Part shown: positions 32,930 to 43,026 of the stretch, in pieces
Position numbering within the stretch: position 1 is the stretch's first letter
How the letters are laid out: every line of letters starts with the position of its first letter
Source: an uncultured Verrucomicrobiae bacterium
GTDB taxonomy: Bacteria; Verrucomicrobiota; Verrucomicrobiia; Chthoniobacterales; Chthoniobacteraceae
Assembly (NCBI GenBank): GCA_963769025.1
Contig: CAVYKI010000004.1
Coordinates: 64,001 to 128,000 of the forward strand
DNA length: 64,000 bases
Reading direction: 5' to 3'
Translations under genes and position numbers: made by a program
The notes under the pieces: model-generated
The model's database searches: none
What the model saw: the letters and a program-made list of their open reading frames with translations, nothing else
What the model was told of the DNA's origin: nothing

Positions 32930-35560
32930 CTACCTCGCGGTGGAGTTCTCGATCCCGATTTCGTCCAGCCAGCAGTTCGCGGATTCCTTTCCGGGGCTGC
33001 TGAAGCCGAGCCAGTCGATCTTCTCCATGTGCGTTCCCGCGAACGGGAGCTTCTCAAACCGCAGCGGCTCTCCGCCGGGCAGCGTGAGCGCAAGGTCGAA
33101 CGTATTCTCGCGGCCCTCGCCGAGATTTGCGGTGAGTTCCACGTGCAGCCACGCGTTCGCCGGGTAGTCCGCGAGCTTGCGCGCGCCGATCATCAGCGCG
33201 CCCTTTTTGAATTCGATCATCGGCCCGGTCTGATACGCCTTCCCCGCGAGCGGCGTGTTGTCGCGCCACTCGTGGATGAGGTGGTAGTTCGCGTCCAGCT
33301 TCACATCGAATGCGACGCGCGTGGTGCCCTGCTCGTGATTCGGGACGTAGTAAAAGTGCGGCTCATACGCGGCCGGGAGATCGGCGTTGTCGGTCAGTTG
33401 CAGGCAGTGTGAGTCTTTCGAAGCGCCTTCGCCGACGATGCGGATGATGTCGCCCTTTTTGTAGTGCCCCTGCGTCTGCGAAGGTTTGCCGCCGACAGGC
33501 GTGCCCTCGAAGCCCTCCGCGAGTTTCAGTGGCAGCGGCTTGGGCTTCATGCCGTATTTCATGGGGCCGAAATCCTTCGCCGCGAGCTTGCGCCACGCGT
33601 CATCCCCCGTGACTCCGGCGCTGCGCCAGTCAAACGGCTTGAAGCCCAGCTTCAGCGCGGGCGACTCGGGGCGCAGCGTGTAGTCGCCCTTTTCCGCGGC
33701 GACGAAAAGAGGATCGGCGAGCACGCTCTCCGCGTCCTGTCCGAGGAAGCGCCACTCGTCCCAGGTCTTGCCCGCGAAGTCGAACGGTTGCCCGCCGGTC
33801 TTCCAATACACGTTGCGATTCAGCTGCACGCGGCCGTCGAGCCAGTTCTTGTCGAGCTGGCCGAAGAGCTTCCCTTCGCTGAACAGCACGATGTTTTGCT
33901 CGAATGAAAACGCCATGAATTCCTCCGGCTTGCTGCGCCGGATCTGCACCTCTTTTTGAAACGCAAAGATGTTGTTCCGGATGATGTTTCCGCGTCCGTA
34001 ATGCTGATGATACCCGCCGTCCTGCGTGTCGTGGACGAGGTTGTTTTCCCACACGATGCCCGTGCTGCCCTCGTCATTGTACATGCCCCAGCCGCCGTAG
34101 CTCGCGCAGCCGATGTCGTGCATATGGCAGCCGCGAATCACGGTGCCCGGCTGCGGCCCGAGCGTGTACACCGCGCCCATGTCGCTCAGCTCCGCCCAGC
34201 CGAGGTGGTGGAGGTTGCAAAACTCGACCGTGTTGCGCGCGCACGGAGTCGGCTTGTAGCCCCAAGTCCAGCCGATGCTCACGGCGCTGTAGAAAAAATC
34301 ACCGATGTCGCAGTGCCGCAGCGTGCAGTCGCTCGCGTGAAAAATGACCGCGCCGATCCCGGCAGGGAACACGCGTCCACCGCTCTGGATGATGCAGTTT
34401 TCCACGAGCACATGGCTCGTGTGGTCCGGCCCGTCGTTCGACACGGCGGGGTCGCCGATTTTAACGCCTGCCGCGCCGAGGTCGTGGATGTGGCATTTCC
34501 GCACGGTGATGTCCTTGCACCCGCGGCGGAACCACAGCGCGTTCGTCATCGTGTGTGCGAATTCGCAATCCTCGAACGTGATGTCCCGCGCGCCGTCCGC
34601 CTCGATCGCCGCGATGAGCAAAGACTCCGCCTGACCGAATGCCGCGCCGTCCGGCGGAGTGATCCACGCCTGATGCTGGAAGCTCAGCCCGCGGAAAGCG
34701 AGCTTGCTCACGAACTCGTTCTTCTTCGGATCGCCGCGCAGCACGATCCACTGCGGCGCGACCGGTGCGCGAACGTCCGTCACCGTCTCGCCCTTGCGCG
34801 GGATGTAGAGCAGCTTGCCGCTGCGATCCACGAACCACTCGCCCGGCGCATCGAGCGCGGCGCGGTAGTTTTCCAGCCGCATGTTGTGGTACGGCGCGAG
34901 CGAGAAAAACGATCGCCGTTGCCCGCCGGTGAATTGCAGCGTGCCGTCGGCGTCGGCGTTCGCCAGCCGGTGGCGGTTGATGTCCCACGTGAAATACACC
35001 AGCACGTTCACGTCGCGCTTTTCCTCGGACGAAAGCCCCGCGAGGTCCTTTGCATACTGAGGTTCGATGCTCAGCAGCGTCTTCCCCGCGTCGCCGGTCG
35101 GTTTCGCATCGCCCGGCGGTTTTTGCGGCTGGCCTGTCGCCTGGATGAAGCCCTCGTTCGGCGTCCGTGCCCGCTGCGCGCGCTTGCCGTTCACCCACAG
35201 TCCCTCGAAGCGCCACGCCGGGTCCACCTGCGCCGTCCACACCCCGTCCTTCATCGCGCCGTCGATCCTTTGCCCGCCGGTGAGGATCACTTTTGCCCCC
35301 GGCGCCGCCTCGTAGATCACGCTGCTGTCCCGCGGCTCAAAGACGACCGGCTCGGCAATGACATACGTGCCGGCGGCGAAAAGCACGCGCGCATCGCTCG
35401 TATCGCCCGCGTCCCGCGCCTTGCGCACGGCGTCGCGCGCTCCCGCGAGGGATGTCTCGGCGCCATCCTTTCCGTCCGGCGATACGCGCACGGTGAGCGC
35501 GTGCGCAGAATGTGTCGCAATCGCGAGGATGCAGGAGACGACCGCGTTGTAGGTTCGCAT
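32930..35560 (-). CDS. Large secreted right-handed beta-helix protein (probable carbohydrate-active enzyme)
   Basis: Signal peptide, 'ALDAPGEWF', 'LSDMGAVYTLG.QPGT', 'GWGMYNDEGS', 'ADPLFV...GDY.L.P.SPA'. Confidence 0.85.
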   Translation of the reverse strand: MRTYNAVVSCILAIATHSAHALTVRVSPDGKDGAETSLAGARDAVRKARDAGDTSDARVLFAAGTYVIAEPVVFEPRDSSVIYEAAPGAKVILTGGQRIDGAMKDGVWTAQVDPAWRFEGLWVNGKRAQRARTPNEGFIQATGQPQKPPGDAKPTGDAGKTLLSIEPQYAKDLAGLSSEEKRDVNVLVYFTWDINRHRLANADADGTLQFTGGQRRSFFSLAPYHNMRLENYRAALDAPGEWFVDRSGKLLYIPRKGETVTDVRAPVAPQWIVLRGDPKKNEFVSKLAFRGLSFQHQAWITPPDGAAFGQAESLLIAAIEADGARDITFEDCEFAHTMTNALWFRRGCKDITVRKCHIHDLGAAGVKIGDPAVSNDGPDHTSHVLVENCIIQSGGRVFPAGIGAVIFHASDCTLRHCDIGDFFYSAVSIGWTWGYKPTPCARNTVEFCNLHHLGWAELSDMGAVYTLGPQPGTVIRGCHMHDIGCASYGGWGMYNDEGSTGIVWENNLVHDTQDGGYHQHYGRGNIIRNNIFAFQKEVQIRRSKPEEFMAFSFEQNIVLFSEGKLFGQLDKNWLDGRVQLNRNVYWKTGGQPFDFAGKTWDEWRFLGQDAESVLADPLFVAAEKGDYTLRPESPALKLGFKPFDWRSAGVTGDDAWRKLAAKDFGPMKYGMKPKPLPLKLAEGFEGTPVGGKPSQTQGHYKKGDIIRIVGEGASKDSHCLQLTDNADLPAAYEPHFYYVPNHEQGTTRVAFDVKLDANYHLIHEWRDNTPLAGKAYQTGPMIEFKKGALMIGARKLADYPANAWLHVELTANLGEGRENTFDLALTLPGGEPLRFEKLPFAGTHMEKIDWLGFSSPGKESANCWLDEIGIENSTAR

Positions 35561-35669
35561 GCGGCGTTTCTACACGGCGTCACCGCTGCGCGACAATGGC
35601 GGGTATGGTCTCCGTCGCTCCACATCCGCTCAACTTTCGCCCCATGGCGATGCCCACTTTCCTGAAAAG

Positions 35670-35761
35670 TGGCGGAGAGAGAGGGATTCGAACCCTCGAT
35701 ACGGTTTAACCCGTATGACGCTTTAGCAAAGCGTTGCTTTCGACCACTCAGCCATCTCTCC
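35670..35761 (-). tRNA. tRNA-Ser(GCT)
   Basis: Reverse complement GGAGAGATGGCTGAGTGGTCGAAAGCAACGCTTTGCTAAAGCGT...GGTTCGAATCCCTCTCTCTCCGCCA; long variable arm, G discriminator, encoded CCA. Confidence 0.97.
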
Positions 35762-36015
35762 GGTTGCAGTGGTGCGGCGGAGTAAAGCGGCATGAATTCG
35801 GGGCGTCAAAGGGTTTTCCTCCCGCGCGATTTCGCCGGCAAGCTACGGCCCATTTCATATCACGGGAGGTGAAGGTTCAGTCTTGCCCTTCGCGATTTGA
35901 TGTGGTGAAAGCCGCACGTGTACGCCCGCTCCGCTCCTCCTCGCGAAGGTCGTAGTGGCGGGCTTGCGCACTGAGACAAATCGCAGCCCAAAACCAAATC
36001 ACGGAGATCCAGAGT

Positions 36016-37518
36016 ATGGCACCTCGGAAAAAATCAGCCCTCACCACCCCCAAGGCAGCCTCGGAGTCGGACTATCCCGGGTCGCAGCCGGATACGGCTC
36101 CAACTGCGCGCACCGCGTCCCTTTACGAAGGAACCGCGTGCATCATCACCTGTCACGATTATGGCCGCTACCTCGCAGCCTGCCTCGAATCCTGCCTGAA
36201 GCAGACGGCGCCGTTTGCGAGCATCGTCGTCGTGGATGACGCGAGCAGCGACGACACCGCGGAGGTGGCGCGTCGCTTCGAGGCCCGTGGTGTGCGCTAC
36301 GTGCGGGGCGAATGGCGGAACTACAGCGCGGCGCGCATGGCGGGAGTCGAGGCCGCTCCACGCACGCCGTTCCTCCTTTTTGTGGATGCGGACAATGTGC
36401 TCGCGCACAGCTACCATGAGCAATTGCGCGCCACGATGAACGAGCCGAACCTCGGCGCGGCCTACGGCCACCTGCTGCGGTTCGACGAAAGCGGAACGCT
36501 CGGCTTCAGCGTGAGTGTGCGGCCTTTCGACCGGGATGAGCTGCGCCGCGGAAATATCGCGGATGCGTGTTCGCTGGTCCGGCGCGAAGCGTTCGACCAG
36601 GTCGGCGGCTGGAAGACCAACAGCTTCCTGACCGACTGGATGATGTGGCTGGATATGACGCGCCACGGCTGGCAGCTCCGCCACGTGCCGGAGGCCGTCC
36701 TGAACTACCGCGTCCACGGCGCACAGATGTCGCACGTCCGCTACGGCAACTGGGACATCCACGTCACGCCGCTGCGGATGTCCTGCATGGTCGCCATCGT
36801 GACGCTTTTTTCCGGGCGGCGCTGGGCGCTGGACCGCTACTTCGACTGGCTCGACCAGATCGACTGGCAGCGTGAGAACCTGCACATCGTCGCGCTCGAC
36901 AATTCCAACGACCCGGAATTTTCCCGAGAGCTGAAGGCCCGGCTGGCGGAGCGCGACCTGGCCTACAGCTATGCGCGGGACCGCAGCCAGGCGCTGACGG
37001 AGGTGGGTGCGGCGGACTTTGCGGGCAGCCGCGAACAGCGCAGCCGCCACTCGTACACGCTGGCGACACACCTCGCGCGGCTATACTCCGTGGCGCGCCA
37101 GCACGTGCCTGACGGTGCGGATTTCATCTGGTGCGTCGAGGACGACATCGAGCCGCCGCCGGGTGCGCTTCATGATCTGTGCAAGGGGCTCCTCCGTTTC
37201 CCGAAAGCCGGCGCCATCACCGGTTGCGCGCGGTCCCGGTTCGAGGATCAGTGGATCCTGTGGCGCAATGGCCGCGCATTCACCGAGCCGCCGCAGCCGG
37301 AGGAATACACGCCCGTGGACGCGACGGGCTTCTACTGCACGCTGCTGCGCCGCCCGGTGTTCGACGCGCTCGCGTTTCGGCCGACGCGCGACTGGTCCTT
37401 GAAGAATTGCGCCTACGACTGGGCGGCCATGCACGACATCGTGCAGGCTGGCTGGGAGGTGCGTGCGTCGGGCAGCGTCCGTTGCAAGCACTGGCAGGCC
37501 GACGGCAGTTTCCTATGA
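36016..37518 (+). CDS. Two-domain GT-A (GT2-like) glycosyltransferase
   Basis: 'VVVDDASSDDT', 'LFVDADN', second domain 'WCVEDDIEPP', 'DATGFYCTLLRR'. Confidence 0.85.
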   Translation: MAPRKKSALTTPKAASESDYPGSQPDTAPTARTASLYEGTACIITCHDYGRYLAACLESCLKQTAPFASIVVVDDASSDDTAEVARRFEARGVRYVRGEWRNYSAARMAGVEAAPRTPFLLFVDADNVLAHSYHEQLRATMNEPNLGAAYGHLLRFDESGTLGFSVSVRPFDRDELRRGNIADACSLVRREAFDQVGGWKTNSFLTDWMMWLDMTRHGWQLRHVPEAVLNYRVHGAQMSHVRYGNWDIHVTPLRMSCMVAIVTLFSGRRWALDRYFDWLDQIDWQRENLHIVALDNSNDPEFSRELKARLAERDLAYSYARDRSQALTEVGAADFAGSREQRSRHSYTLATHLARLYSVARQHVPDGADFIWCVEDDIEPPPGALHDLCKGLLRFPKAGAITGCARSRFEDQWILWRNGRAFTEPPQPEEYTPVDATGFYCTLLRRPVFDALAFRPTRDWSLKNCAYDWAAMHDIVQAGWEVRASGSVRCKHWQADGSFL

Positions 37519-38093
37519 GTCCTGCCGCAGGCCTTTTCGACAGCGTCGCCGAGATCCCGTTGCTCGCCGCGAGCCTGATCGATCTCCCGGGCAAAGCCGT
37601 GCTGGCGAAACTCTGCGCCCGCGCGAAGGTGCGCACGGTCATCGAGGTGGGGACGTTTCTCGGGCTTGGCTCGACGACCGTCTTCCACGACGCGCTGCCG
37701 CCCGATGGCCGTTTGTATTGCGTCGATACCTTCTCCGTAAACATGGTGCGCTACCAGCGGCCGCAGGATCCGCATTACCACGCATTCCTCTCGAACATGA
37801 AGCAGAAGGGCATGAGCTCCAAAATCGTCCCGGTGCGCATGACGTCGCTCGAAGCCAGCCGCGCACTCGCCGTGACGGCGGATCTGATTTTCATCGACGG
37901 CGATCACAGCAAGGCCGCCGTGCTGGCGGACATCGCCGCGTGGCTGCCGCACGTGCGGCCCGGCGGCATCCTTTGCGGCGACGACTACCACACCCCGCAA
38001 TGCCCCGATGTCGCGCCGGCTGTGCGGCAAGCGATGCCGGGGCATCAGGCCGACGGTCGCATCTGGTGGGTGGAAACTCCCGTGAACCAATGA
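37515..38093 (+). CDS. Class I SAM-dependent methyltransferase (Methyltransf_24-like)
   Basis: 'IEVGTFLG', 'DLIFIDGDHS', 'PGGILCGDDY'; ATGA overlap. Confidence 0.88.
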   Translation: MSPAAGLFDSVAEIPLLAASLIDLPGKAVLAKLCARAKVRTVIEVGTFLGLGSTTVFHDALPPDGRLYCVDTFSVNMVRYQRPQDPHYHAFLSNMKQKGMSSKIVPVRMTSLEASRALAVTADLIFIDGDHSKAAVLADIAAWLPHVRPGGILCGDDYHTPQCPDVAPAVRQAMPGHQADGRIWWVETPVNQ

Positions 38094-39871
38094 GCGGCAT
38101 CGACGGCCGCGTGCTCGGTGAATTCAAGATCCTGACCAAGATCGGCCAGGGCGGGATGGGCACGGTGTACCTCGCCGAACAACCCGCGCTGAACCGCCGC
38201 GTCGCGGTGAAGGTGCTGCTCGCATCCCTCGCGAGCGATGCGGATTTTCCGAAGCGCTTCAAGCGCGAGGCCATGCTGGCGGCCAGCATCAATCACCCCG
38301 GCCTCGTGCAGGTCTATGCCGCCGGTGACATCGAGGACATCTATTACATCGCGATGGAATACGTCGATGGCGAGTCCCTGCAGCGCCGCCTGGAGCGCGA
38401 GGGCCGCATCAAGCCCGAGGAGGCGCTGGACATCATCCTCCGTCTCGCCCAGGCGCTCGACCATGCGTGGCAAAAGGTGCGCCTGATCCACCGCGACGTG
38501 AAGCCGAGCAATGTGCTCCTTTCCACCGACGGCGATGTGAAGCTCGCCGACTTTGGCATGGCCAAGAACGCCGAACTCGACAGCACGCTGACCTCGACCG
38601 GCATGCACATCGGCACGCCGCTCTACATCAGCCCCGAGCAGGCGCGCTGCCACAAGGTCCTCGATTTCAGCACCGACATTTACAGCCTCGGCTGCACGCT
38701 CTACCACATGCTGTGCGGTCGCACCCCTTACAGCGGCGAAGCGGCATTCACCGTCATGCTCCAGCACGTGACCGAACCCGCGCCGACCATCCGCACCCAC
38801 ATGCCGGAGTGCCCGCCGGCCATCGTGAAGCTGCTGGACCGGATGCTCGCGAAAGATCCCGCGTCGAGGCACGCAAGCTACGCAGAGTTGATCGAGGAGT
38901 TGAAGCTTGCGCGCGGGAACATCGGCAAGCCGCCGAAAAACCTGCGCCGCGCCCACCTCGTCGCAGCGCTAGCGACCATCGTGATCGCTGTGGTCGGGTG
39001 GTGGAGTGTCGCGAAGATGAAGGCGCCACCGGCTCCGGCGACGTCGCTGGCGGTCGCAGGATCTCTCACCCCAGCTCCGACGAAGCCCGTCGTGCCGGCA
39101 AAAGACGCGGCTTTTCTGGAGGCCGTGGCGGCGCTGCCCGCCGAGGCGCAGGCCCGGCGCGTGCTCGAGAAGCTCAAGGAGCTCAATCCTGGCTTCGAAC
39201 CGGAAAGCGCGACGTACGTGGTCCGGGATGGCGTCGTCGTCGAACTCGTGCTGAGCATCACCGCGATCAGCGATCTGGCACCTGTGCGTGCGCTCGCATC
39301 GCTTGAGCGGTTGCGCCTCGGCCAGCCTGGCCAGACCGGCGCCCTCGAAAGTCTCGAAGCCTTGCGCGGCCTGTCGCTCACCTGGCTCGAATGTCACAAT
39401 TCCCCGATCGGCGACCTCGCCCCGCTGCGCGGGATGCCGCTCACGTGGCTTGTTTGCCCCGGCGCGCACATCACCGATCTTTCCCCGCTGAAAGGCAGCC
39501 CGATCGAGGCTCTCGGGATCAATAACACAGGCGTCACCAGCCTCGAAGCCCTCGCCGGCCTGCCACTCAAATTCCTGAACTGCGGCTACAACCCAATCCG
39601 AGATCTCTCGCCGCTGGCCGGGATGCCGTTGATCGACCTGAATTGCTCCCATACCGAGGTGCGTGACCTCACGCCTCTCAAAGGCATGGCTATGACGCGG
39701 CTGATTTGCAGCCACGCTTCCATCGAGGATCTGAGCCCGGTGGCGGAGATGCCGCTCAAGGAACTGGACTGCGATTTCCGGCGCGAACGCGACGAAAAAA
39801 TCCTGCGCGCCATTCCCACGCTCGAGAAAATCAACGGCCTCGCCGCTGAGGATTTTTGGCGGAGCCTGTAG
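38090..39871 (+). CDS. Hanks-type Ser/Thr kinase with TM helix and C-terminal leucine-rich repeats
   Basis: 'GQGGMGTVY', 'HRDVKPSN', 'DFG', 'GTPLYISPEQ'; repeats 'I.DLSPL.GMPL..L.C'; ATGA overlap. Confidence 0.93.
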   Translation: MSGIDGRVLGEFKILTKIGQGGMGTVYLAEQPALNRRVAVKVLLASLASDADFPKRFKREAMLAASINHPGLVQVYAAGDIEDIYYIAMEYVDGESLQRRLEREGRIKPEEALDIILRLAQALDHAWQKVRLIHRDVKPSNVLLSTDGDVKLADFGMAKNAELDSTLTSTGMHIGTPLYISPEQARCHKVLDFSTDIYSLGCTLYHMLCGRTPYSGEAAFTVMLQHVTEPAPTIRTHMPECPPAIVKLLDRMLAKDPASRHASYAELIEELKLARGNIGKPPKNLRRAHLVAALATIVIAVVGWWSVAKMKAPPAPATSLAVAGSLTPAPTKPVVPAKDAAFLEAVAALPAEAQARRVLEKLKELNPGFEPESATYVVRDGVVVELVLSITAISDLAPVRALASLERLRLGQPGQTGALESLEALRGLSLTWLECHNSPIGDLAPLRGMPLTWLVCPGAHITDLSPLKGSPIEALGINNTGVTSLEALAGLPLKFLNCGYNPIRDLSPLAGMPLIDLNCSHTEVRDLTPLKGMAMTRLICSHASIEDLSPVAEMPLKELDCDFRRERDEKILRAIPTLEKINGLAAEDFWRSL

Positions 39872-39971
39872 CGCACCGCGTTTAGCCTCGCGCGCCGCGG
39901 TGACGGCAGATCGCAGGACGTTATTGCCGGGGTGAGCAAAGGTCTCGGTCCCGGATTCGGATCCGCCAAAC

Positions 39972-40139
39972 TTAAAACGGAGTGCGCCGGCTGGAAATCT
40001 GCGCGGCTCCGGGCGACTGAATCTGGACTCCGACGCTGCCGTGAAGAATATCGTCGTCGTGCGATCCTTGCCGGGCCGCGCAGCCGGACAGAATGAACGC
40101 AAAGCCGATTGCCACGAGGGGAAGCAACCGTTGGCTCAC
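39972..40139 (-). CDS. Small putative lipoprotein
   Basis: GTG start, hydrophobic stretch and lipobox 'LSGC'. Confidence 0.5.
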   Translation of the reverse strand: MSQRLLPLVAIGFAFILSGCAARQGSHDDDILHGSVGVQIQSPGAAQISSRRTPF

Positions 40140-40152
40140 AGCCTTTTCGCGA

Positions 40153-40581
40153 CTAGTTCTTTTTTGCGGTCGGCGCGGGTCCACCGCTCTTTTTTGCCGC
40201 CTCCCAGCGCGCTTTCATTGCAGCTGCCAGCTTTGCCCTCACTTCGGGAGACATCTTGCGTTTCTTTTTCGCTGGAGCTGCTGCTGCTTTGGGCTTTTCC
40301 GGAGCCGCGACCTTCGCCTTCGCGGCGGCTGGCGCTTTGTCGCCGGCCTTGACCTTCGCCCAACGCTTTTTCTGAGCCGCCCTGATGTTGGCAATGGCCG
40401 TGGGTGACAGCTTGCGTCGCGCGGTTTTGGCGGCCTTGGCAGGCTTGGCGGCGGGTTCTGCGACACGGGATGCTGATTGCGGCTGGCTGCCGAGAATGGC
40501 TGCGAGTTCCTTTTCGAGTGCCGCGATCTGTTCGGCGAGCTCGAGACCGCGCTGCCATTGAGAGAGGGTGGGGATATTCAT
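40153..40581 (-). CDS. Small basic Lys/Ala-rich protein (candidate nucleoid-associated protein)
   Basis: N-terminal coiled coil; two 'RK(L/M)SP....(I/L).AA.K.RW' repeats. Confidence 0.75.
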   Translation of the reverse strand: MNIPTLSQWQRGLELAEQIAALEKELAAILGSQPQSASRVAEPAAKPAKAAKTARRKLSPTAIANIRAAQKKRWAKVKAGDKAPAAAKAKVAAPEKPKAAAAPAKKKRKMSPEVRAKLAAAMKARWEAAKKSGGPAPTAKKN

Positions 40582-40678
40582 GGGGCTGACAGGTATTGCC
40601 TAACTGAAAAATAGCAAGCGGCGTTGCAAATGCCCGTGCATGGCCTTGCTTGGAGTGCGGCTGTGAAAGGAGGTTGAT

Positions 40679-41437
40679 TCACTGGGCCGTCCAGCCGCCG
40701 TCGATGACCACATCGGTCCCTGTGACGAAACCTGCATCTTCCGAGCACAGGTAAAGCGCGAGCTTCGCGATCTCCTCCGGTTTGCCCCAGCGGCCGAGCG
40801 GGATCTTTGCGAGGAATTGTTCCCGCAGCTCCGCGTTTTGCATTAGCGGTACGTTGATTTCCGTGTCGCACACGCCGGGGCTGATACCATTGACGGTGAT
40901 TTTTTCCCCCGCGAGTTCGAGCGCGAGCGCACGGTTGAATCCGAGCAGTGCCGTCTTGCTGGCTGAATAGGCGGTGCGGCCCGGCAGGGAGATGTGGGAC
41001 ATCATGGAGGTCATGTTGATGATGCGCCCGTAACCTTGCCCGGTCATCATGGGGACGAATGCGCGGCAGAGCAGAAACACGCTGGTCAGGTTGGTGTTCA
41101 GCACGCTGTTCCACTCGGCGAGTGTGAAGTCGGTGACGGGTTTGCGGATGTTGATCCCGGCGTTGTTAATGAGGATGTGCAAGTGGGCGCCGATCCGGGA
41201 GGCGAATGCATCGTGCACACCGGCGACCTGAGTTTCGTCGGTGACGTCGGCGACGAAGACCTCGGCGTTGCCGCCGTTGCCCCGAATCTCCGCGGCGACA
41301 TCATTCAGCTTCGGTCCGTCGCGGGAGACGAGTGCGACGGTCGCGCCAGCCTCGGCGAGGGCGAGCGCCATCGCCTTGCCAAGGCCCTTGCTGGCTCCGG
41401 TGATCAGTGCGGTTTTGCCGTGAAGTGGTCGAGTCAT
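40679..41437 (-). CDS. SDR oxidoreductase (gluconate 5-dehydrogenase-like)
   Basis: 'TGASKGLG', 'NNAG', 'YSASK', 'DGGWTAQ'. Confidence 0.92.
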   Translation of the reverse strand: MTRPLHGKTALITGASKGLGKAMALALAEAGATVALVSRDGPKLNDVAAEIRGNGGNAEVFVADVTDETQVAGVHDAFASRIGAHLHILINNAGINIRKPVTDFTLAEWNSVLNTNLTSVFLLCRAFVPMMTGQGYGRIINMTSMMSHISLPGRTAYSASKTALLGFNRALALELAGEKITVNGISPGVCDTEINVPLMQNAELREQFLAKIPLGRWGKPEEIAKLALYLCSEDAGFVTGTDVVIDGGWTAQ

Positions 41438-41621
41438 GGCCGGACAATACGGAGTGAACCTGCCGACGTGACACAAAAAACACGCTGGCCAGCCCGGATG
41501 CTGGCGGGCAACGTGCGGCAGTGAACGCGCCGTCGAGACAGTCCCCGCCAAGCCGGACGGTACCGGACCGCTGTGCTCCGGCCGCTTTCTGCGAGATACT
41601 CGACATCGAAAGGAGACAGCG

Positions 41622-42209
41622 GTGTCCGAACTCCTAGTCAGGGATCGCTGGTATGCGCTGATCGTCGCCGGGCCGAGCGGCTCGGGAAAGAGCGTGGTGG
41701 CCGAGCATGTCGGGCGGGAGCTCAGCCTGCCGGTGATTGATGCCGACGATTACCATAGCCGGGAAGCGGTGGAGCTCATGAAGCGCGGGACGCCGCTTGC
41801 GGACGAATATCGCGAGAGTTGGGCGGAACGCATCATCGGCGGGATGATCGCCTGGCGTCGGCGCGGTGAGAGCGTGGTCATTGCATGCTCGTGCATCCGC
41901 CGCCGCACGAGGGATCGTTTTCGCACCTATGTGAACGAGGCGCGAATCGTGGGCGGTCAGGTGGTCATCGCATGGCTGGATGTATCGCCGGAGGTGCTCC
42001 GGACGCGCCTTCTGCGCCGGGAGGAGGAGCAGACGCACTTCTTCCCTGCGTCGCTGCTTGGCTCTCAGCTCAATGCCGCGCAGCCCCCGGATCCGCAGAG
42101 CGAACCCGGGGTGATACGGATCGCAGTCGGACCGGAGGCGCCCGACGCTGTCGCTCGAAAGGTTTGGGAATCCGTACCGGCACTTCATCCATTCGTTGCC
42201 CGCGCCTGA
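41622..42209 (+). CDS. Gluconokinase (GntK/IdnK type)
   Basis: 'GPSGSGKS', 'DADDYH', 'G.PL.DE.R', 'IACS', 'HFFPASLL.SQ'. Confidence 0.82.
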   Translation: MSELLVRDRWYALIVAGPSGSGKSVVAEHVGRELSLPVIDADDYHSREAVELMKRGTPLADEYRESWAERIIGGMIAWRRRGESVVIACSCIRRRTRDRFRTYVNEARIVGGQVVIAWLDVSPEVLRTRLLRREEEQTHFFPASLLGSQLNAAQPPDPQSEPGVIRIAVGPEAPDAVARKVWESVPALHPFVARA

Positions 42210-42351
42210 CACCGCGGTGGTCAAACGCACGAGGAGGGGCGGATGCCATCAGGAACCGTCTGGATGAGTCCAGACGGATGCCTTCACCCACACATGGGGA
42301 CTGCGACTTCCGGCGCGTCAGAATGTACGGCTGCGGCCGAAGGACTCCGCG

Positions 42352-43026
42352 CTAGCTTGCCAGGCGGTAGTGTCCCGGGCCGACCTTCTTGATATCCTTG
42401 AAGTTCTTGCCGGTGGTCGAAAACCACACAAACAGGTTGCGGGGGTTCATGCCAAATTGCTTCGCGAGATCACCGACGCGGGCACCGTCCTTGCCAGCGG
42501 CCTTCAGCGCGTCCTGAATGCCCGCTGACAGCTCACCGCGCTTGGATCCGACGGACTTCAGCGCCTTGGGAGCCGCCTTCGCAGGCGTCGGGGCCGCAGG
42601 CGCCGCGGCGGGCACGGGTCCGACGAGGCGGTAGCGGCCCTTTCCAGCCTTGCGGATCGCGGGAATGGTCTTCCGCGCAAATTGAAACCAAGAATGAAGG
42701 GCTTCGGGCTTTGCGCCAAGTTCCGCCGCAAGGTCCCGCACACGCATGCCGGCTTTTCCGGCCGCGCCCAGCGCTGCGAAGATGCGTCCTTTCAATTCAC
42801 CCCGCGGGGCGCGTCCCGGTGTCACTGCCGGGGCCGCTTTGCCCGCGACCGGCGCGGCTTTTTTCGCGACCGGAGTCGCAGCGGTCACTCCGCTGTCGGA
42901 AAATAGTGCGTTCTTGATGCGTTCCAGGCGGGCCAGCACTTGATCGAGCTTGCCTTGCAAGGCGGCGCGCTCTTTTTCAATGCTCATTGCTTCTTTGAAC
43001 AGGTCGATTCGGGATGGTGAGGACAT
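42352..43026 (-). CDS. Coiled-coil plus tandem winged-helix-like DNA-binding protein; start approximate
   Basis: Two ~62-aa repeats 'RGEL...I..AL.AAGK.G.RV.DLA...G..P..L..WF.......I.K.G.G.YRL'. Confidence 0.7.
   Translation of the reverse strand: MSSPSRIDLFKEAMSIEKERAALQGKLDQVLARLERIKNALFSDSGVTAATPVAKKAAPVAGKAAPAVTPGRAPRGELKGRIFAALGAAGKAGMRVRDLAAELGAKPEALHSWFQFARKTIPAIRKAGKGRYRLVGPVPAAAPAAPTPAKAAPKALKSVGSKRGELSAGIQDALKAAGKDGARVGDLAKQFGMNPRNLFVWFSTTGKNFKDIKKVGPGHYRLAS

Noticed and set aside
35670..35761. tRNA-Ser as an integration site for a genomic island
   Set aside because: No duplicated tRNA 3' end and no integrase seen in the window
40598..40604. GTTAGGC core (minus strand) upstream of the basic protein gene, suggesting another cassette
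   Set aside because: No L'/L'' boxes and no attC downstream of the gene
42257..42278. Perfect hairpin CCGTCTGGA-TGAG-TCCAGACGG between convergent genes
   Set aside because: No U-tract or ncRNA family features; not enough to call a terminator or RNA gene
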